The notes under the pieces: generated by a model
The model's database searches: none
The model's input: the letters and a program-made list of their open reading frames with translations, nothing else
What the model was told of the DNA's origin: nothing
Program-made: the position numbers and the translations under genes
NCBI GenBank assembly: GCA_031763465.1
Contig: JARFOE010000001.1
Location: 17,975,075 to 18,012,636, forward strand
Source: Squatina squatina
Lineage: Eukaryota
Direction of reading: 5' to 3'
DNA length: 37,562 bases
Part shown: piece by piece, positions 11,353-21,465 of the stretch
Numbering within the stretch: the stretch's first letter is position 1
Layout of the letters: every line of letters begins with the position of its first letter

Positions 11353-12070
11353 CACAAAATTACTGCTAACAGTCTTGAGCCAGATCCTTAAAAGGTTGAA
11401 GTTGTTGAAAATGTGAAGCCACCAAAGACAAAAGCAGAGCTGCGGATGGTCATGGGCATGTTGAATTGTGTTATTAAATTTGTTCTAAGACTAATGCAGG
11501 TTACAGAATTGGTATATAATGCAATGAAACATGATTCACTTTGCAAATAGATTGCCAACCTTACTAATGCTATCGAAAGAAACAGAGCAACTGATCTCAA
11601 AATCTCCAGGAACAGTGCTTTGACATCAGAAAAGAGATTGCACAAGTTGATTCTTGTTAGATGCTGTGATCCTCCAAGACAACAAATCCATGGTTTCTAT
11701 CCCCTGTTGTTGACTGAAGGAATTGTATACAGACAGAAATATTGGGTATTATGAATGGCTGCAGAAAATTTCATCAAAACATGCTAAGCAGTAGCTTGCT
11801 AATATCTGCAACAGTAACTTATATTCCATCGTACTTTTGTTTACATAGGTCACCATGAATTAAGTAGAATGCTTTTCAGTTTTCACAGAGAATTGAGATT
11901 GTTGAGCCACCAGAGCTGGGTATAAAGCAGTTAGTGGAGATTGTTATTCAAAGAGAAATAGTACTAAAGAAGTTTCTCAAATTTAAGGTAGACCTGATGG
12001 TTGATTATGAGAATCCTCATTGAAGCCAGGGAGGCATTGATTCTGGGTATAATTCTGTTGAAAGGAAAAT
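11353..12070 (+). mobile_element. Highly decayed Ty3/Gypsy LTR-retrotransposon pol fragment (RT connection and RNase H)
   Basis: PDP*KVEVVENVKPPKTKAELRMVMGMLNCVIKFV from ~11380 resembles PDPEKV...FLGMVNY..KF. At ~11725-11785, QTEILGIMNGCRKFHQ resembles the EKELLAIVFGCEKFHQY motif. Confidence 0.7.
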
Positions 12071-12534
12071 TATGCTCAAGGACTGGATGGTGGCATATGT
12101 GACCTTTTTTTTAGGTCTCAGCTCAGTCCAAGGCCTAAAAGAAAAATTAATGAGCTGAACTTTGGGGCTCTTCTGTCTCCTTGAAGTGGCCTCCTCTCTT
12201 CTGGTTCAGCTGAAGATCGAGGTCACACATTTGCATTTAAGATTAACATTTAAGATTTAACATTTGCATTAAAATATTGTATAATAGAACTGTTGGAAGT
12301 CCTGCTCTAAACGTAATCTGAGAGAGAAATCCAGCCCCTAGAATCTATGAGGTAACATTGCTAATCTTTTTGGAGGAACATTAGTTAATCAGAGCCAATC
12401 ATTTCTAAAGAGCAGTTTATGGTTGATCAACCTTNNNNNNNNNNNNNNNNNNNNNNNNNNNNNNNNNNNNNNNNNNNNNNNNNNNNNNNNNNNNNNNNNN
12501 NNNNNNNNNNNNNNNNNNNNNNNNNNNNNNNNNN

Positions 12535-12724
12535 CGCTGTTCCTTCATCGTCGCTGGGTCAAAATCCTGGAACTCCCTCCCTAACAGCACTGTGGGAGTA
12601 CCTTCACCACACAGACTGCAGTGGTTCAATGAAGTGGCTCACCACCACATTCTCGAGGGCATTTAGGGATGGGCATTAAATGCTGGCCTTGCCAGTGATG
12701 CCCACATCCCAAGAATGAATAATA
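12535..12724 (+). mobile_element. Non-LTR retrotransposon 3' end (CR1/L2 group, shark-type)
   Basis: SFIVAGSKSWNSLPNSTVGVPSPHRLQWF...AHHH, then GATGCCCACATCCC and an A-rich tail. Second copy at 20370-20695. Confidence 0.8.
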
Positions 12725-14174
12725 AAGAGAACTCCGACCAGGCAAATGGGTCAGGTCACAGTGCTTTCAGGATGGCAGATGGCTTTCCATCACAACCCAT
12801 TTCTGGCGGTGAAAGTGCCCAGGAGTAAAATGTTAAATGGAATTTTTAAAATAAATTCTGTTCATGTCACACATCTCAACTTCCAGTATTTTGTGAAATC
12901 ATGCAACATTTGACACGAGGCACTTCCTGTTCACCAGTTGCCTTCATATATCAGTAAATGACTGTCCATTTAAATGAAGCGTTTCAAAACACGTTTTGTT
13001 TTTTTTAACCTATTTTGCATTTCTCTTGTTGTGTGCAGGGGTTTATATGGACAGATGTTGCCTGAGTGACCATAGTCCTTACTGTAATGATATGACTAAT
13101 GACAACATTTGGCCCTTTCTCATCTTTCTTGATACTTTATTTGCTATCATTATTGTGTTTTTAATAGAATCTCTGCCTTAATTGAATCCCAGCTGTTATT
13201 AATCATACAGGACTTGGATATATTTATCTTTCAGATGTGAAGATTAAATTCATAAAGTGCTTAAAATTTAATGAGGCCTGGTATACACCATCCGCAGGCA
13301 ATTTGTAATCCCATCTCTTCCTTCCATCATATTAACAACCCGTCATGATAGATAGCTGAATGGGTCGCTGGGGATTCCTGTAGCCCTTCAGTGTCAAAAT
13401 GGATGTGATTTACAAGTAATCATTGACGGAGGAAGCAGTTATTAGTGTTGATGATGGTAAACCCTAAGGTTGTTGACATCTGCAGCCAATATTTTGACTC
13501 TTTGATGGGAGAAAAAAACCCACAGAAATGTCATGGTGCCTTAGATCTGATCTTATTGAATCTTTGATCTGCATCATTAAGTTTTCAAATACACGCCTCA
13601 GCAGAAGTGCAGTTTTTCATTTGCCTGAGGAGATGACTACTTGTTTCTGTTCAGCCTTTTTATTGCCTGATGTGTTTAACATGAGGCCTGCAAGATTTCT
13701 ATATTTTTTATGTGCAATGAAATCATATTAGAATTGCAAATGCACCAACTCTCAAGTATGCCATCATCACCCCTTACTGTGGATTGGAAAGACATGTTCC
13801 AAATTCACTTTATTCCATTATGTGAGCTCACCCTTGCCGTTGTCTGGCAAAACAGACAACTTGCCATATAGATCAATCATTCCCACTGCTGACAATAAAT
13901 TTAGCCTTTAACCATTTAACTGCAGCACCTTGCACAGTATGCTTTAAGAGTTTATGATTAGTGTTCTGTAATATCTAACGTTATACCTTCATCTTTTACG
14001 TAAAATGAATCGCTTCACATAGACACAGGATGCAAATTCATTTGCGTTTCATGTATACATACTTTATGTATGNNNNNNNNNNNNNNNNNNNNNNNNNNNN
14101 NNNNNNNNNNNNNNNNNNNNNNNNNNNNNNNNNNNNNNNNNNNNNNNNNNNNNNNNNNNNNNNNNNNNNNNNGC

Positions 14175-14585
14175 GAAGCTGAATCCCTCACCCGCACGCA
14201 GCTGTCACCCAATAAGCTCACCTTTGTTAAAACCAAAGGCGGCAGGAACCGCACCGTGCCGATCCCGCAGTGGCTGTTCGACGAGCTGGCTCCGCTCGAG
14301 GGGGCGCTGTTTCAGCCCTGTTATCCCGACTTCACCCGCATGCTGGCCACCACCTCTCTGGCTCTTGCCGAGGGGCAGAAAACCCACGTTTTGCGCCACA
14401 CCTTCGCCTCGCACTTTATGATGAATGGCGGCAATATCCTCGTGCTGCAGCGCATCCTTGGCCATGCCAATATTCGTGAAACCATGCGTTATGCCCACTT
14501 CGCTCCCGATCACCTCGAAGAGGCGGTGACGCTCAACCCGCTGGCGGCGTTCAATGGCGGCAATGTGGCGGCAGAAGATGCATAA
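14175..14585 (+). CDS. int: Phage tyrosine integrase, HP1/186/P2 family, C-terminal 136 aa (5' end lost in gap), bacterial origin
   Basis: Uninterrupted frame with the catalytic K (KTKG), HxxR (THVLRHTFASHFMMNGGNILVLQRILGH), second H (LGH) and nucleophile Y (TMRYAHFAP), ending NPL...*. Very close to the HP1/186 Int box II. Bacterial-type codons (CTG, GCG, CGC) and no CpG depletion. Confidence 0.95.
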   Translation, partial: EAESLTRTQLSPNKLTFVKTKGGRNRTVPIPQWLFDELAPLEGALFQPCYPDFTRMLATTSLALAEGQKTHVLRHTFASHFMMNGGNILVLQRILGHANIRETMRYAHFAPDHLEEAVTLNPLAAFNGGNVAAEDA

Positions 14586-14723
14586 CCCTGCATTTCACTG
14601 CACTTAACTTGCCTGGCGTGCCCGAAAAATAAGGGCGCAGGGCAGATGGCGTGGTGGGGCCTGCAAAAGCGGCTTAACTAACTTATCTGGCCCTTTTACG
14701 CCACGCCGTTTTGCCTCTTCGGG
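14586..14723 (+). other. Bacterial-type non-coding sequence downstream of int with nested imperfect inverted repeats
   Basis: GC/CpG-rich. GGCAGATGGCGTGG (14641-14654) can pair with CCACGCCGTTTTGCC (14701-14715); CCCGAA (14621) with TTCGGG (14718-14723). Confidence 0.55.
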
Positions 14724-14744
14724 TAAAATGATTAACCTTCTGGT

Positions 14745-14995
14745 TGAGTCCCTTCATGGTCTCATCCTTCCCATCTTGGTAGCCTCTTGCAGTTCTAAAC
14801 CCTCCCCAAACTCTCCGTCTGGCCTCCCTTGCATCGCCACACCATTGGTAGTTGTGCTTTCAGCCACCAAGGCCCACACTCAAATTCCCTACCCAAGCCC
14901 CTCCACCTCTCCGACTCCCTCTCCTTAAAACACATTCCTTTGACCATACTCTTGGTCACCCCTCCTAATATCTCCTCCTTTGGTTCGGCATCAAG
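14745..14995 (+). mobile_element. Decayed L2-clade LINE 3' fragment (host-type repeat)
   Basis: CCACCATTGG...CTTTCAGC...AATTCCCT...CTCCTTAAAA...TTTGACCA..CTTGGTCACC..TCCTAA aligns with the reverse complement of 27620-27733. Confidence 0.75.
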
Positions 14996-15455
14996 CTTTA
15001 TCCAATTATACTCATTTTGTGTACACTGTTTAAGAAATTACCAACGTGAAGACTGGCACTTTAGAGGAAAACATACTAAATATCAGACCTACAAATCATG
15101 CAGTTTATTTCACATATTGGAAATATCAGACTATTTGAATATTTGAGTTTGAGACAATTTAATCTCAGGGTTCATACACTGCTGAGCTGATTAGAAGATC
15201 AGAAATTCTATTAAATTTGACACTGACCATTCCTGCTAGTTATCTATTAGTCTTACACAAAGACTACATAGAAATGTAAAATGAAGTCCAAACTATTGTT
15301 ACTCAATACATGTATAAGATCTTTTGGACATCAGATATCAACTTATATCTACTTTATACAATAAACAAGCTTAATTCTTCAGCATTTTCTTAAATGTTTC
15401 TGCTGCTGCAATGATTTAAAAGTAATTCATATACAACAAAAAGGTAATACCATAC

Positions 15456-15514
15456 CTGCCTCTGGGACTTGCTGAGGCTGATGCAGTTGAAGTTTCTGAC
15501 AGCTGTTCAGGGCC
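15456..15514 (-). other. Candidate 59-nt internal exon of an unidentified gene
   Basis: Minus strand TGTGCTTTCATTTAG|GGCCCTGAAC...CAGAGGCAG|GTATGG. Open frames include GPEQLSETSTASASASPRG and ALNSCQKLQLHQPQQVPEA. No homology recognised. Confidence 0.3.
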
Positions 15515-16577
15515 CTAAATGAAAGCACAGGCTCAATTCAGTTCCTACTGGATACGAGTGCACAGCACTGAGCTGCCTATAATTCAACGCTAATTGGACA
15601 ATCTCACTCAGAGAAGCCAGAAGGATGGCCAGGGTGAAAAATGGAAGTGTCACATTGATTGGTAGTGAGTGTTCTTCAGAGGTTGGGGTCATGTTGCTGG
15701 GGCAGAGTAGAGGGAGCTGTACGGTGCNNNNNNNNNNNNNNNNNNNNNNNNNNNNNNNNNNNNNNNNNNNNNNNNNNNNNNNNNNNNNNNNNNNNNNNNT
15801 CCATTCCTCAGCACAACCTCCCTTATAACAATGAGTCCAAAATTCACCCTTCCAAGTCCTCCCAAAATTATTTCCTTAATAATATATTTTTTTTAAAAAG
15901 CAGCAACATTTTTGACTCTCCAAATGGAAAACAGAAACAAAAAAAAAGATTTGAACTGGCTGATTGCTCTCCAGCATCCACAGTTCATATCACAAATAAA
16001 AACAGACAGCCTGTCTAAAGAATTGACTCTAATAATCTAACTCCACAGTGATTCATGCTGATCACTTGTTTGTTTGAAACGATAGAAAAAGCAGCACCTA
16101 ATTATAGAAACCACACGCCTTCACAGCAACTGTTTTTCCTTTCTGCTTTAATTATTAGCTGTGACTTCTGCTACAATTACTTTCCATTTTTAATTCAACT
16201 AAAATATGGTTCCTGGTCTTTCAAATGAAGAAGACTTCTGCTTTTTGTAAAAAAAATCAGTTCACAAACCTCTATATTTTTCAGTTGTGGGAAATCGCTG
16301 ACAGCATCTCCAGTGTGTAGTTATACTGACTAATATCTCTTGTGTGCTGTAATTATTCCAACTCTTGGCACATATGCTCATAACGGTAACAGAAAGGAGA
16401 CATTAAAGAAAGACTATAATGCCATCTTTATCAATGCATATCAGGCCTTTAACAAATCCTCTAATGCTGCTGTTAGTTTTTAATAAATTTATTGTTGTAT
16501 AATTATTAACTCATAATTACAAAATATAATTGTAAATGATATTTGGCATCATCTTCTGAAATGTTTATTGAACACGA

Positions 16578-16973
16578 GGTGGCCGAAATTGGCCTTCTTT
16601 AACATCCCATTAGTACCTCTGAGGGGCACTAATGGGATATTAGAAAAAAAAAATATCGTTTGGGAGGTGGCCATCTTGCCTCCCCCGAAATTCAGCTGGG
16701 GCCAGCTGAATTTCACGGCGGGTCGGCGCGTGACATCATCAAGACATGCGGCGACCCACACCGCGCAGCCGCAATGCCCTCGGCGATCCGTTTGCATCCC
16801 GCGGGCGAATTCCACCAGCGTGAGGCGGCCGCAGCACTGGCGGATGCAGTGACAGGAAAACCTGTCGCTGCAACGGGGCCCTTAAAGGGGAGGGTGTCTG
16901 CGCCTCCGGCCGCCATTTTTATTTATCGGCCGACTTCATAGTCGGACAAAAAATAGCGGCCCCTTGGCCAGAT
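16578..16973. mobile_element. CpG-rich, hairpin-rich non-autonomous DNA transposon, Harbinger-like left part
   Basis: Starts GGTGGCCGAAATT after AT-rich DNA. Internal stems at 16604-16638, 16845-16872 and ~16909-16960. Confidence 0.6.
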
Positions 16974-17109
16974 NNNNNNNNNNNNNNNNNNNNNNNNNNN
17001 NNNNNNNNNNNNNNNNNNNNNNNNNNNNNNNNNNNNNNNNNNNNNNNNNNNNNNNNNNNNNNNNNNNNNNNNNGATTCAGTTGGTAAGTGACGTCTGTTG
17101 AAGATACAA

Positions 17110-17200
17110 TCACTGACCTTGACCAGTTGCCTGAGGTCATGAAGCTCCTTTGGGCACTGGAGCAAGGTGGTGGGACTACACTGCTGGCAGTGACGGCCTT
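17110..17200 (-). mobile_element. Harbinger Myb/SANT exon remnant
   Basis: Minus strand AVTASSVVP/LLQCPKELHDLRQLVK|GTCAGT parallels VSASTVV..TQCRKKF...VK|GTGAGT at 720-809. Confidence 0.55.
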
Positions 17201-18289
17201 AGTTATGCTAAATATTGACATTTGGAACTTCTTTGGAATATTGATTATTTAAAGACAGAAAGGGCTGAAAATGTATTAAATCAGTGCCTTTTATTTTCTC
17301 TTGCTTCCATGTATTAGCCCCCTTAAATTTCAGAGATCCTCACTGCCCACAATGCATTGCGAGCATCACAGCCTTGCACACAGATGCTCGGGGAAGCAGC
17401 AACCCCGCACCAGCAAAAAAATTGGTCCCAGATCCTTCGTGCAATGCCACCTAAGATTAATGCTGCGCCATTTGCCAGCATGCCCCCCGCACCTTTACCT
17501 TGTTTAGCGCAGTGGCCATTTTGTGTGGCCGTTAACGGCAGCTGACAAGGACACCGACTGCTTTCCAGGCGACAACTAATTTTTCCCCCTTATTGCCTTT
17601 AATACTTGAGCTACTGTGCTTCTCCCCAATTGTAATCTCCGATTATAACCACATTATTTTTGCTACATTCTTCCCTGATCTTTGTATATGTACATTACAT
17701 CACTACTATCAGGAATTCTGCAGACAACTCTCACCAGAGTCTTACAACTTTTATTATTTTTTTAGTTCTACCTATACTGTTTCCATTGCCTGTTCACTTT
17801 TACTGAAGTCCTTTCTTCCCAGTGCTGTGATTGCGCCTTACTGACAGCAGGGATTTCATTGTACGGGTGCTTGAATTGTGAATGTATTCAGTTCTGCAGG
17901 GCTAACATCTTTTACCTCAATAAGCACATATAGTGAAGCAAAAATAATTTTAAAAATTGCTTCAGCAGATGAATGATTCATGTTAAATAAAACCTGAGGT
18001 ATCTTTCATGTATTGTTCTGAATTTTCTCCCCACAAGGCACATCCATAAATTTGGGTGCAATAGCTTGACTTGTGCACATGCAAGAACTGGCCACTTTTC
18101 ATACATGAGGGAGGAATGCAGAATAAATCTATAAACATATATCTTCATGAATTCACAGTGCCTTGCATTGGATCAAAGGCCATTTTATGACTTTAATATG
18201 AGAGGAATGGACATATTCAAGTCATGTAAGATTATTCATCTGTTTTAACTTGGACTGTATTGAAAATGAACTGGCAGACTTAGCCTATC

Positions 18290-18435
18290 ATTAACTCTCC
18301 GCTCCACTCCCACTCTGATCTTTCTGCCCTTGGCCTCTTACACTGTTCCAATGAAGCTTAATGTAAGTTCGAGGAACAGCACCTCATCTTTCGATTAGGC
18401 ACTATACAGCCTTCTGAACAAAACATTGAGTTCAA
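18290..18435 (+). mobile_element. Penelope-like element, GIY-YIG endonuclease C-terminus
   Basis: NSPLHSHSDLSALGLLHCSNEA*CKFEEQHLIFRLGTIQPSEQNIEF matches the Penelope EEQHLIFRLGTLQP.G.NI.F tail. Confidence 0.85.
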
Positions 18436-20048
18436 NNNNNNNNNNNNNNNNNNNNNNNNNNNNNNNNNNNNNNNNNNNNNNNNNNNNNNNNNNNNNNNNN
18501 NNNNNNNNNNNNNNNNNNNNNNNNNNNNNNNNNNNNNNNNNNNNNNNNNNNNNNNNNNNNNNNNNNNNNNNNNNNNNNNNNNNNNNNNNNNNNNNNNNNN
18601 NNNNNNNNNNNNNNNNNNNNNNNNNNNNNNNNNNNNNNNNNNNNNNNNNNNNNNNNNNNNNNNNNNNNNNNNNNNNNNNNNNNNNNNNNNNNNNNNNNNN
18701 NNNNNNNNNNNNNNNNNNNNNNNNNNNNNNNNNNNNNNNNNNNNNNNNNNNNNNNNNNNNNNNNNNNNNNNNNNNNNNNNNNNNNNNNNNNNNNNNNNNN
18801 NNNNNNNNNNNNNNNNNNNNNNNNNNNNNNNNNNNNNNNNNNNNNNNNNNNNNNNNNNNNNNNNNNNNNNNNNNNNNNNNNNNNNNNNNNNNNNNNNNNN
18901 NNNNNNNNNNNNNNNNNNNNNNNNNNNNNNNNNNNNNNNNNNNNNNNNNNNNNNNNNNNNNNNNNNNNNNNNNNNNNNNNNNNNNNNNNNNNNNNNNNNN
19001 NNNNNNNNNNNNNNNNNNNNNNNNNNNNNNNNNNNNNNNNNNNNNNNNNNNNNNNNNNNNNNNNNNNNNNNNNNNNNNNNNNNNNNNNNNNNNNNNNNNN
19101 NNNNNNNNNNNNNNNNNNNNNNNNNNNNNNNNNNNNNNNNNNNNNNNNNNNNNNNNNNNNNNNNNNNNNNNNNNNNNNNNNNNNNNNNNNNNNNNNNNNN
19201 NNNNNNNNNNNNGCTGATATTCACCATCGAGACTCAGACATGAAGAATGGCCACTTTGACAAGATACTGACAGGCAACTCGCGCCCATTGAATCATATTC
19301 CAGCATGAATCAGCACTTTCAAGAGAGAAGACAAGACAATTAGAGGGGGTGGGGAAACAAAAACATTGCTTTCAATATATACTGTATGCACTTTTGTTGT
19401 AAGCAAACAGTTCTATACAAGCCTTTCCATGAAAAATGCAAGTAAACTGAGAGAACAAATGACATAAATAAAAATAATTATTGGAAACTAACTAAAGCCT
19501 TTTGTCTGATCTGCCTTATAACCCTGTAGCAGAAAGGGAATGATGATTTGAAGATATCGTTTGGTTGACATAATTGAATTGTATGGCTAGTTCATGAGTC
19601 TGGCTGATGAAATGAACAACCATATAATATCAAATGGAACTGGGTTCAAAACTCGGAGTCTGTGTGACTAAAATGCTGGATTTTAATATGCCTGTTTTTA
19701 ATTTACCGGCTTGGAAATTGAAAATCCACCTGCAATATGTTTGCATTGTCCATTCTTGGCTAATTTTGCGCTGTTATAAATCCAAATCAATTGTCTTTGA
19801 CAGCCCATTAGTGTAATGCAATGAAGTGTACTCATTGCATAACATAACATTGCATTTTACAGCTACTGGTTCAGTGCTTTAATTGCGAATATAACGGATT
19901 CCAGGAGACAGGAACACGAAGGAGCATGCAAAGAATTCCTGACTCTTATTCATACAATAATCTTGTGTTTGTCGTCACAGGTCAAATTCAACTGTTCAGA
20001 TGGAAAGTTTTGTCAGCTACAGAAACCATATTACAATAATGTAAAAAA

Positions 20049-20269
20049 GGGCCAGAAATTTGGCTACTTACTGCCATGAATTACCGCCGCAAACCTGGAA
20101 AAATGGTGCCTGCTAGTCTAACGTGGGACTTGACGGCTGCCATTTTGGTGAGAGTCTTAGCGCTGCTGGCTGTCGCTCTGCAAAGCAAGTGTGCAGCAAA
20201 CTGACAGAGACGCTGTCAGCGCTTCTGAAAGGGGCACATACATATTTCGATTTTCGAGCGGCTCAAGCA
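20049..20269. mobile_element. Harbinger-like non-autonomous element, left end
   Basis: Starts GGGCCAGAAATTT, CpG-rich interior with GGCTGCCATTTTG, truncated by a gap. Confidence 0.5.
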
Positions 20270-20369
20270 NNNNNNNNNNNNNNNNNNNNNNNNNNNNNNN
20301 NNNNNNNNNNNNNNNNNNNNNNNNNNNNNNNNNNNNNNNNNNNNNNNNNNNNNNNNNNNNNNNNNNNNN

Positions 20370-20695
20370 TGTACCATCTACAAGGTGCACTGTAGCAACT
20401 CGCCAAGGCTTCTTCGACAGTACCTTCTAAACACGCGATTTGTACCACCTAGAAGCTCAGGGGTAGCAGGTGCATGGAAACATCACCACTTCCAAGTTCC
20501 CTTTCAAGTCATGCACCACCCTGACTTGGGTCAAAAACGTGGAATTCCTTTCCTAACAGCACTGTAGGAGTATCTTCACCACATGGACTGCAGCGGTTCA
20601 AGAAGGTGGCTCACCACTACTTTTTCAAGGGCAACTTGGGATGGGCAATAAATGCTCACCTTACCAGCAATGCCCACATCCCAGGAATGATGTAA
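20370..20695 (+). mobile_element. Non-LTR retrotransposon 3' end, same family as 12535-12724
   Basis: TIYKVHCSNSPRLLRQYL...; shared CCTAACAGCACTGT.GGAGTA.CTTCACCACA...GGGATGGGCA.TAAATGCT...GCCCACATCCCA. Confidence 0.82.
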
Positions 20696-21310
20696 AATAA
20701 TCTATATATATGCAAAGGACTGATAAAAAATGCTCTTAATTTCTGTGTGGTACTGTTGTCAAATGCATTACTTATTTGTTCTTTTTATTTAAAATGCATT
20801 GTTACTCTGGAGAGGCTTTAAGACAATAATAGCATAACTTGGTGCTTAGACAGTGATACCAGTGTTTAGGCAGGGCCTCTTATCTACACAGTATATTTCA
20901 NNNNNNNNNNCCACTCTGCAGTGTTGGCAATCTTAAATCTAACACTAGTTCAGAAAATGTAGGTCAAACCAGGTTCATTTTTTCTTCAATATACAGCTCT
21001 AAGCCTTCATTGATTTCTGTAATTAAATGACTTGGAAGCAGCACCTGATCCTTGTTACTTGTCACACAACAGTGCTGATCTCTGAATCTTAATTATCCTT
21101 TTATTCAGACTTGTGCCGGGACTGCAAGAGATCAGCATTTTCCTGGTGTAAACTAACAATGGTCACCAAATGATAACCAACTATCTGAATAGGTACAGAG
21201 AGATCTGAAAAATTACCACTCTATTTCTGTTACATGAAAAATTTAAAGCAAAATTAAAGTAAAATGTAAAATTTCTGTTACCTGTAAAATTCAAAGCAAG
21301 ACACATTAAT

Positions 21311-21465
21311 GGAGGTAATTTTAACCTTTAATGTAGGGCAAAAAATGGGTGATAGTGAATCAGCCGCCTGTTTTATACTTTGTGCGATTTTCTCTTCCAT
21401 TCGAGATATAAAACGGGTTTGCTATCCCCCATTTTCTGCCCATCAATACAAGTTAAAATGACCCC
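21311..21465. mobile_element. ~155-bp palindromic MITE
   Basis: Left GGAGGTAATTTTAAC versus right GTTAAAATGACCCC. Inner arms GGGCAAAAAATGGGTGATAG versus CTATCCCCCATTTTCTGCCC. No clear TSD. Confidence 0.75.

Noticed and set aside
14205-14513. Antisense and alternative-frame ORFs over the integrase
   Set aside because: Shadow ORFs typical of GC-rich bacterial coding DNA.
14173-14723. DIRS/Crypton tyrosine recombinase of a host transposon, or a complete prophage or defence island
   Set aside because: The motif and codon style are those of HP1/186/P2 phage integrases, and no other phage or defence gene is visible in the window.
16549-16941. Overlapping ORFs sharing NIPLVPLRGTNG on both strands
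   Set aside because: This is a by-product of the DNA palindrome at 16604-16638 in GC-rich, stop-poor sequence.
18358-19306. Long ORFs of 263-303 aa, and all other ORFs containing X runs
   Set aside because: They are open only because N gaps contain no stop codons.
19213-19308. Plus-strand terminal exon ADIHHRDSDMKNGHFDKILTGNSRPLNHIPA*
   Set aside because: No homology recognised, any acceptor would be lost in the gap, and the minus-strand splice signal is better supported.
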